Shown here: positions 8,449 to 14,755 of the stretch, piece after piece
How the letters are laid out: each line of letters opens with the position of its first letter
Position numbering within the stretch: position 1 is the first letter of the stretch
Source: Candidatus Heimdallarchaeota archaeon B3_Heim
Lineage (GTDB): Archaea; Asgardarchaeota; Heimdallarchaeia; Hodarchaeales; Hodarchaeaceae
Assembly: GCA_003144275.1 (NCBI GenBank)
Contig: NJBF01000062.1
Span: 1-14,755, forward strand
Direction: 5' to 3'
DNA length: 14,755 nt
Notes under the pieces: generated by a model
Told to the model about the DNA's origin: nothing
The model's database searches: none
What the model saw: only the letters and a program-made list of their open reading frames with translations
Position numbers and translations under genes: made by a program

Positions 8449-8823
8449 TTACAAGACAGTTTTAGCCTTTTTTAGGTCATCTACTCCAATAACTAGTCTA
8501 TTATTTTCTGCCAAATAGATCAAATCAATATTTATCTCTTCATGGGCTAGTTTGCGAAACAAATTTCCTCCTGAACCTGGTTTTTTCACAATGTCTTTAA
8601 TTTCAACAACCAGCACTTCCCGTTGTGATTTTATCTTAAAACCAGCTCGTTCGAGTACATTGTATGCTTTTCCTGGGTTTTCAACCAAAATATGTATTAA
8701 ATCTTCTCCTTCACATAAAGTTCCACAAAGGCCCTCCATATTGATATTTTCCTTACCTAGGGTTTCTCCTAAATCAGCAAGAGCACCAGGCTTATTTTCT
8801 ACTACAATAGTTATATCCTTCAA
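8449..8823 (-). CDS. Tandem ACT-domain (amino-acid-binding) protein
   Basis: Two ACT repeats: ENKPGALADLGETLGKENINM and KPGSGGNLFRKLAHEEINIDLIY. Start moved to TTG 8823 (MKDITIVV) because GAGG lies 9 nt upstream. Confidence 0.9.
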   Translation of the reverse strand: MKDITIVVENKPGALADLGETLGKENINMEGLCGTLCEGEDLIHILVENPGKAYNVLERAGFKIKSQREVLVVEIKDIVKKPGSGGNLFRKLAHEEINIDLIYLAENNRLVIGVDDLKKAKTVL

Positions 8824-8953
8824 TATTTCAATCCTCACATTTGATTATCTCTTATTATTTGACAAAATAGAATAAAAACTTTTTCCTTTTGCTTTATTCC
8901 GATATGAATCTCTAGCCTATAACCGTTTTAAAAATTATTTAAGACCCAGAAAA

Positions 8954-9319
8954 TTAAGAAACTTTTTGCCGTTCATTCAAGCTGTCATTTTCCATCTTCT
9001 TTAGATCTCGCCTTGATTTGAATGTGAAGAAAGCAGCAATTATAAAGACTATTGACCAAAATCCGAAAAATCCCCATGTATCTTCATTAATGCCTTGATC
9101 TACCAATATAAAACCTAAGAAACAAACTGAAACTATGGTAACGAATAAGCTCCTTGTATAAAGCCATTTTTCATTTATAGATTCAGTCATCCCTCCTTTC
9201 TGTAGATGCTTCCCAGAATGAGAATGGCCGCTTGGTATACCGTACCAACTATACCCTTGAGGTACAGCATATCTTCGTTCATCATTGGATTTATTGGTGT
9301 CCTTTTTGTTTTCAGACAT
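8954..9319 (-). CDS. Hypothetical two-TM protein
   Basis: 121-aa ATG ORF with a hydrophilic N-terminus (GHSHSGKH), two hydrophobic helices and a basic tail; co-oriented with its neighbours. Confidence 0.55.
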   Translation of the reverse strand: MSENKKDTNKSNDERRYAVPQGYSWYGIPSGHSHSGKHLQKGGMTESINEKWLYTRSLFVTIVSVCFLGFILVDQGINEDTWGFFGFWSIVFIIAAFFTFKSRRDLKKMENDSLNERQKVS

Positions 9320-9502
9320 CTTATGTTCTTTTATCCCCTACGCCTATAAAAAGTAGTTGATTGGTACAACTAAAATGAGAATACGAGAATCAGATTATTA
9401 GATAAGTAAATACTACAAATGATGGTCCTTACTACCATCTCCCTTTCCTCCGATTTGTTCCTTTTTCTTTTGATTTTCCGTTATTCATTAGATATCAATT
9501 TT

Positions 9503-9898
9503 TCAGGTTAAGAGTATCCTCAACCCATCAATAACCCATATAAGAAGAAGTCCCAATCCGACGATCCAAATCATTAGTATAAGAAGAGAGGTTTTCTTTC
9601 CAATTGGCATTTCTTTCTTCTTTTCTTCCCTTGCTTTTCTTCTACAGTCTTCAATGACTTCTTTTGGAATTAGCTTTAGTGCGATAGAAATCCCGATAGG
9701 TACTAAGATTAAATCGTCTACATAGCCTAGAACAGGGATGAAATCGGGAATAAGATCAATCGGGCTAACCGCATATCCTATGACTATTCCTAGAAATAAT
9801 CGTTTCCACCAAGAGACTCGAGCGTCTTTATACACCAGATATAAAGTATAGGTCTCCATCTTAAGATCTTTGGCCTTAGTTTTTAGTTTTGTTAACAC
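9503..9898 (-). CDS. DUF1232 (YkvA-like) membrane protein
   Basis: Signature YAVSPIDLIPDFIPVLGYVDDL. Confidence 0.92.
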   Translation of the reverse strand: MLTKLKTKAKDLKMETYTLYLVYKDARVSWWKRLFLGIVIGYAVSPIDLIPDFIPVLGYVDDLILVPIGISIALKLIPKEVIEDCRRKAREEKKKEMPIGKKTSLLILMIWIVGLGLLLIWVIDGLRILLT

Positions 9899-10080
9899 AG
9901 CGGTTACTACCGTTAAATTAAATCTTATAGATTAATCCCTGATGATCCCAAGGAAAGCTTTTTATTCCTAGAGATTAGACGTTACTTACTCTGTAATTTC
10001 ATGAATCAAAATTAAACAATACTGTTTTGTTCTTCCTTCGGGATTGAAACAAAGAGTTTGTTTGTTTTATTCATGGAATT

Positions 10081-11223
10081 ATGGATACCTTTACGGGAGA
10101 GACACACATGGTTCTCGATCCTTTTTCTGTTAATAAACCCAATTTTCCGTCCAAAGCTGCTGTTGTAATTGATGGGGGCTATTGGCGTAAAGTGGTTGAA
10201 CATCTTGATTTAAAGTTCGTTGATCTAGTTGCACTAGCTAATGTTCTTTGTATGCCAGCCTATCGAATTAGAGCTTATTATTTTGACGGTAAAAAACAAC
10301 ATACACAATCTTTCCATGATAGCCTTCAGCTTCTTGATCGGTTTGAAGTCTACCTTGGAGAGCTCGTTCCAAGAGATATTACCTGTCCTCATTGTGAAAA
10401 GGTCATCACGACGCCTGTTCAGAAGAGGGTTGATGTTGCATTAGCCGTTGAACTTGTCCATCTAGCCACTACGGGTACCACTGATTTAATTGTCCTTATT
10501 GCCGGGGATCGTGATTTCATCCCTGCCATTGAAACTGCCAAACATGCCGGAGTGATAATTCGTCTTGTCCATGGTGCTCCTAAAACTGTTTCTAAGACGA
10601 TGTACAAGCTGGTAGATGAAAAGATAGAAATTACTATAGATTTTCTCAAAGAGAAGGGGATTCCTTACAAATTGCGAGGAGAAGCCGAACTCATCTCAAA
10701 GATTCAGAGTATTGAAGTAAAAAGTGAAAAGGAAAAACTCCGAATAGAGTCACATGTAAAACACATGTTGATCACTGTGGAATCGTTACTGTTAGAAATG
10801 TTAACACGTACTCCCAAAGAATCCATTCTTCTTAGTAGTCTTGGGATTGAGTTGTCGAAACGTGAACCTAACTGGAAAGAAAAAACCAAAATCAAACATC
10901 TCAAATCCCTCCTTAAATTAGAAGCCTCGAAATATAAACTCAAAGAACAGGATAAACAGGTTTATATTTCAACAATCAAAGCTATTCCAAAGGAGGATAT
11001 TGATTCTGCTAGAACATTCATATTACAAGTCGTCGAGAAATTCTTCCAAGAAAATAAATCTGATTCTATCTCATTACAACAATTAGGGTCTCTCTTATCC
11101 AGAAAGAATCCTGAGTGGAAAAAGAAGTATGAAGTCAAGCAACTCAGGACGGCGTTGAATACTTTGGAACAAGATCTGATTATATCTGGAACTAAACACA
11201 AGATTCGAATTAAACAGAAGTAA
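10081..11223 (+). CDS. NYN (LabA/DUF88, PIN-like) domain ribonuclease with two C-terminal LOTUS/OST-HTH-like repeats
   Basis: Catalytic-type acidic motifs IDGGY, QKRVDV and AGDRDFIP; C-terminal repeats LSSLGIELSKREPNW and LQQLGSLLSRKNPEW. Alternative start at ATG 10108. Confidence 0.9.
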   Translation: MDTFTGETHMVLDPFSVNKPNFPSKAAVVIDGGYWRKVVEHLDLKFVDLVALANVLCMPAYRIRAYYFDGKKQHTQSFHDSLQLLDRFEVYLGELVPRDITCPHCEKVITTPVQKRVDVALAVELVHLATTGTTDLIVLIAGDRDFIPAIETAKHAGVIIRLVHGAPKTVSKTMYKLVDEKIEITIDFLKEKGIPYKLRGEAELISKIQSIEVKSEKEKLRIESHVKHMLITVESLLLEMLTRTPKESILLSSLGIELSKREPNWKEKTKIKHLKSLLKLEASKYKLKEQDKQVYISTIKAIPKEDIDSARTFILQVVEKFFQENKSDSISLQQLGSLLSRKNPEWKKKYEVKQLRTALNTLEQDLIISGTKHKIRIKQK

Positions 11224-11352
11224 CCAGAATATCTGGGACTTTAGTGACAATCGTCTGTTTTTGTCTTCTGGACGTTATTTCAATTGTAGTAGGATTTGTA
11301 TATTCGAAATTCGCTAGTAGATTCGAGATAAATGAATCTAATGGATTATAAC

Positions 11353-11424
11353 CATGACTAAATTTGTCAGACAACGCAGTAAAACCGCGTTCTGGACAGG
11401 ATGAGTCATATATCCGCTATCCGG
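11353..11424 (-). mobile_element. Diverged right-end fragment of the same MITE family (copy 3, truncated)
   Basis: Aligns to 12462-12531 with three substitutions plus a replaced hairpin segment. Begins at CATG. No matching left end was found before the oxidoreductase stop codon. Confidence 0.8.
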
Positions 11425-11493
11425 AAAAAACTAACTACTGACAAATACTGAAGAAAAGAATAAACAGAAAGAAATCCCCCTGGTTTTGATTCA

Positions 11494-12464
11494 TCAATCT
11501 ATGGCAATAACAACTCTACCTTTAGCGTGACCTGCTTCATAATATCGATGAGCATCTGCAGTCTGGCTTAATGGATACACTCGGTCAATAACTGATCTGA
11601 TCTTTCCTTCTTCAATCCATTCTCGTAATAAATTCAGATCACTGAAATCTCCGAGCATGCCGCCTTTCATTTTCTTGCTGGTAAATATACTAGTAATCAG
11701 TTGTAATCGATGTAATCTGGGATTAAAAAATCAACCGTTACGTAGATTCCTTTTTGAGAGAGAGAATTCTTACAATTCGAAAAATTGTTTTTTCCCACAG
11801 CATCAAATATGACATCATAAATTTGGCCATTTTTTGTAAAATCTTCTTTTGTATAATCAATCACGTAATCTGAACCGAGATCCTTTACCATATCTATATT
11901 ACTCGTACCGCATACACCAGTCACTTCAGTATCATATACTTTTTTAGCAATTTGGACAGCGAAGGTACCAATTCCTCCAGAGGCGCCATTGATAAGAACT
12001 TTCTGACCACCTTGAATTTGTGCTTTATCCTTGAGAGCTGCTAATGCGGGTATTGCACCTCCAACCACTGCTACTGCTTCTTGAAAGCTCATATTTTTTG
12101 GTTTTATTGCTATTCTATTATTTATAGGAAGGCGCATATATTCAGCACAAGCGCCTCCATTCATTGTTCCTCCATAAACTTGATCTCCTTCGTTAAATTG
12201 TGTTACTTTCCTCCCTACAGCGACTACTTCTCCAGAAAAATCCAGACCAACAACCTTCTTCCGTGGTTTTCTGATTCCAGTCGCTACTATTCTAAATACT
12301 CCAGATAATACCTTCCTACCACTCCGAAAAGTGATATCCAATGCTTGCATTGCAGAAGCGTAGTTTCTAATTAGGACTTCATTATCTTTAGGGATAGGTT
12401 TTTCTATGTCTTTCAGTTCAAGGACATCGGCGGTACCAAATTTTTCACATACTATTGCTTTCAT
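11494..12464 (-). pseudogene. NAD(P)-dependent oxidoreductase of the zinc-binding dehydrogenase (MDR/QOR-like) family, split by a 1-bp frameshift
   Basis: MKAIV...GLDFSGEV...VLINGASGGIGTFAVQIAK...YDVIFDAVG in one frame. The expected C-terminus (KIRSVIDRVYPLSQTADAHRYYEAGHAKGRVVI*) continues in the -1 frame to the stop at 11494. One extra T in the T6 run (11725-11730) gives a 323-aa protein. A sequencing error is possible. Confidence 0.8.
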
Positions 12465-12823
12465 GACTAGATTTGTCAGACAACTCTTGAAAAGAGTTCT
12501 GGACAGGATGAGTCACACATCCGCTATCCGGCAGATTAGCACCACTAAAAGGGTTACTATTCATTGGGACTACTTGAAGCATCCTTACTGCTGATATCCC
12601 CAGCGCTAATACCTCTCACGCCTAAAGGGTCATTCTTCTCTTGCCTTTGACAGGTAACTCGTCTCACGTAGTTACAAGTGAATAAAACCCAAGAATTTAG
12701 GAATTTTTCTTTTCATCACCTCACTTGGAAGAGGTTATGGAGGGAGGCTTTTTATGAATGTAAGAGAGAGGGAGAGGTTAGCGAATACGAGTAATCTCGC
12801 TTTGTCGGACAAAAATGATCATG
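12462..12823 (-). mobile_element. 362-bp MITE-like element, copy 2
   Basis: Inverted copy of 3690-4051. Its terminal CATG contains the ATG of the oxidoreductase gene. Confidence 0.85.
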
Positions 12824-12830
12824 GTAGTAA

Positions 12831-12838
12831 TCACCTTT
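12831..12838 (-). promoter_or_regulatory. Stranded Shine-Dalgarno sequence (AAAGGTGA) of the oxidoreductase gene
   Basis: Lies 8 nt upstream of an ATG in the CATG at the far end of copy 2. No other gene start follows it. Confidence 0.65.
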
Positions 12839-12928
12839 CAAATCACATTCTCACTTAATCCATCTTATTTCTTCAAAATAGTGTAACAATAGTTTATGAG
12901 TTTTTCTCCTATTTCGTGTTATTGATAT

Positions 12929-13333
12929 TCATAGATTAGAATTGAATAAGGGTAACATCAAGAAAACGGCATCGAGAATTATTCCTACTATATAATACCA
13001 TGGACTCGGCCCTAATCCGTTCCAAAACAGCACGAATGAGACAAGTGAAAGAGCAGACGAGAGAATGATCGTTATTTCCCACCAATCAATAAAGACTGGA
13101 AATTCTAAGTATCCAAGCCCAGCGACCACAAAACCTACTATTACTAGTCCCCAGAGTATTCTGCCTGCTAATTTAACTGTATTCTCATTCAAGAAGTTGG
13201 ACAGTACCCACGATTCCCCTGACCAGCCAACATTCTTCTCATTGTTCGGATCTTGGATATTAAATTCAAACATTATATGTACTAGTCCGTGAGCTACAAT
13301 AAATAATCCTATTCCAATTTGTGCTAATTCCAT
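12929..13333 (-). CDS. Hypothetical four-TM membrane protein with an HGxxH motif
   Basis: AHGLVH in TM1, a WSGESW loop and Trp-rich helices; GAGGA upstream of the ATG. Confidence 0.8.
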   Translation of the reverse strand: MELAQIGIGLFIVAHGLVHIMFEFNIQDPNNEKNVGWSGESWVLSNFLNENTVKLAGRILWGLVIVGFVVAGLGYLEFPVFIDWWEITIILSSALSLVSFVLFWNGLGPSPWYYIVGIILDAVFLMLPLFNSNL

Positions 13334-13461
13334 CTATTTAAGCGTCCTCATATCATTTTATCTGTAATTATTTTACTTGTTTCTTTTCTTACTTTCCTCT
13401 GCAATAAACTGGTAATTATTGGTTCGAACTCAGCTGGGTCAACTTCACTTAATGACCTCAC

Positions 13462-14070
13462 TTAATTCGTGAGAAAGACCATCAGGGCCAAGACAAAGTA
13501 GTAGAGCTGATAGGCGGTCACCATGAATCGTTCAACTATGCCTCTATATTTCGTATTTGCGTAAATTCCTGCTAGAATGACAAGAATAAGGGAAACGATT
13601 GCTGAAAGAAGTGAATATGTGGCAAAGGTCTGCCACCCTTCTATGGATTCTAAACGAAGCCAAAGAGCGACCATTCCTGCAATTGTCAATATTCCTGATG
13701 TTACTATCAAGACGATATGCATTTTTCCTCTGAACGTTTGGAATTCACCCCCAGCATCCAAGGGGAAGAAAAGTGCCACGCATATTCCCAGAACGGAACT
13801 CACCAATAATAACATGGGACCTACCATTGACCCCTGTCCATTATTTATCCCGTCATGGACTCCCAGATAAAAGACAAATAATAAGACACTTGAAGTTATG
13901 ATAAATGCATCGAATAACCGTTTTCTCGGGGCTCCTGTTGCCATGAGTGAACTTACGTCATCTCTAATATGACTGTACTCGGGTCGTAACATTCCACCAA
14001 CAATCCACATCAGCGTATACACGACTGGACTCATCATTCCACAAATTGCTAAAATCTGAAAGATATTCAT
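13462..14070 (-). CDS. DUF998 family membrane protein
   Basis: YSHIRDDVSSLMATGAP, FFPLD and GKMHIV motifs with about 5 TM segments. Start moved to ATG 14070 (AAGTGA upstream). Confidence 0.85.
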   Translation of the reverse strand: MNIFQILAICGMMSPVVYTLMWIVGGMLRPEYSHIRDDVSSLMATGAPRKRLFDAFIITSSVLLFVFYLGVHDGINNGQGSMVGPMLLLVSSVLGICVALFFPLDAGGEFQTFRGKMHIVLIVTSGILTIAGMVALWLRLESIEGWQTFATYSLLSAIVSLILVILAGIYANTKYRGIVERFMVTAYQLYYFVLALMVFLTN

Positions 14071-14131
14071 CTTATTCACTTGTAATGCCAAACACTTTTG
14101 GGATTTTACTCGAAGATTTACTGATAATTAA

Positions 14132-14272
14132 TCAGTTTGAGCTTGGTTCAGTTGCTGAGTGGGAGTCTTTATTAATTCGATATTGACAGAATGCGTCCCC
14201 ATTTTTCAAACACTGTTGTTTCTCAGGTTGGGTATCAAGCATCACTTTCACAAGAGCTCCAGGTTCTGGCAT
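14132..14272 (-). pseudogene. Short ORF or remnant with a V4R/SufR-like C-terminal Cys motif
   Basis: 46-codon ORF below the track cut-off: MPEPGALVKVMLDTQPEKQQCLKNGDAFCQYRINKDSHSATEPSSN. CxxxGDxxCxYxI resembles V4R/SufR-type C-termini. Confidence 0.45.
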
Positions 14273-14738
14273 TCAGGCCAGTTAGTACTGTCACTTTGAT
14301 CTTTTCAACACCTGCTTGTTCCAAAAGGCCCTTGCTTAGCTCGTCCTTTTCCTCTTCCAGAAAAATGATTTCTTTGACGCCTGCATTGATGAGCAGTTTT
14401 GCGCACAAAACACAGGGAGCGCGCGTAGTGTAAAGTATTGCGCCGTCTGTTGCAATGCCCTGTGAAGCCGCCTGTGCAACAGCATTTTGCTCTGCATGCG
14501 TTGCCATGCAGAACTCAAGCCTTTCACCGCTTGGAATATTGTTCTTTGCCCTAAGGCACTCATTCAATTCAAGGCAGTCCTTCACTCCCTTGGGAGCACC
14601 GTTATAGCCTGTTGCAAGAATCTGGTTGCCTTTTACCAAAACGGCGCCGACCTTTTTGCCGCGAAAGCAGCTTGCCCTCTTTGAAGCCGTCTTGGCTATT
14701 TCAAGGAAATATTGGTCCCAAGTTATCCTGTCAGGCAT
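14235..14738 (-). CDS. dCMP deaminase / ComEB-like cytidine-deoxycytidylate deaminase
   Basis: RITWDQYF, VGAVLV, GYNGAP, HAEQNA and PCVLC zinc motifs. ATG 14738 is preceded by GGTGG. Confidence 0.93.
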   Translation of the reverse strand: MPDRITWDQYFLEIAKTASKRASCFRGKKVGAVLVKGNQILATGYNGAPKGVKDCLELNECLRAKNNIPSGERLEFCMATHAEQNAVAQAASQGIATDGAILYTTRAPCVLCAKLLINAGVKEIIFLEEEKDELSKGLLEQAGVEKIKVTVLTGLNARTWSSCESDA

Positions 14739-14755
14739 CCAACCCACCAATTTTA

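Noticed and set aside
11693-11717. GATTAC repeated three times (minus strand)
   Set aside because: Only 6 bp with uneven spacing (10 and 9), inside coding sequence. Not an array.
12406-12594. 62-aa ORF running into the element's right end
   Set aside because: Antisense to the oxidoreductase start, and the frame is broken by the 2-bp length change in copy 3.
3690-12823. The 9.1-kb block as a single composite transposon that arrived in one event
   Set aside because: The two flanks of copy 2 rejoin into the native RBS + ATG, so sequence inside and outside the block was contiguous before insertion. There is also no transposase inside.
1043-14684. Remaining short antisense or nested ORFs in the track (e.g. 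1043-1267, 5937-6224, 6142-6540, 8552-8875, 10419-11201, 13577-13870, 14191-14684)
   Set aside because: They are shadows of well-supported genes on the opposite strand or in other frames, with no family motifs.
14235-14738. Deaminase as an anti-phage dCTP deaminase
   Set aside because: It is a small stand-alone ComEB/dCMP-deaminase type without the N-terminal kinase-like domain, and has no defence-gene context.
1-14755. CRISPR array, tRNA, rRNA, integrase or transposase
   Set aside because: No regularly spaced repeats, cloverleaf, rRNA-like segment, or DDE/HUH/tyrosine/serine recombinase motifs were seen.

Overview
An AT-rich, archaeal-looking accessory region with GGTGA/GAGGT ribosome-binding sites and GTG/TTG starts. 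The gene mix is reminiscent of Asgard/Heimdallarchaeia, but that assignment is inference only. It carries about 15 mostly unrelated small genes: membrane proteins, DinB, an AsnC-TRASH regulator, a membrane-anchored wHTH regulator next to a DUF3160 protein, an ACT protein, DUF1232, an NYN ribonuclease with two LOTUS/OST-HTH-like repeats, a zinc-binding-dehydrogenase-family oxidoreductase, DUF998 and a dCMP deaminase. The main unexplained structure is a 362-bp non-coding MITE-like element. Two copies, identical by eye, lie in inverted orientation (3690-4051 and 12462-12823) around 8.4 kb, and a diverged 72-bp end fragment lies at 11353-11424. All five visible element ends abut CATG. One copy sits exactly on the start codon of the oxidoreductase gene, and removing it with one CATG rebuilds RBS + ATG, so CATG looks like a duplicated target. 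The element ends carry a TTGTCnGACAA palindrome, and one end has a hairpin conserved through compensatory changes. No transposase, CRISPR array, tRNA or rRNA was recognised.
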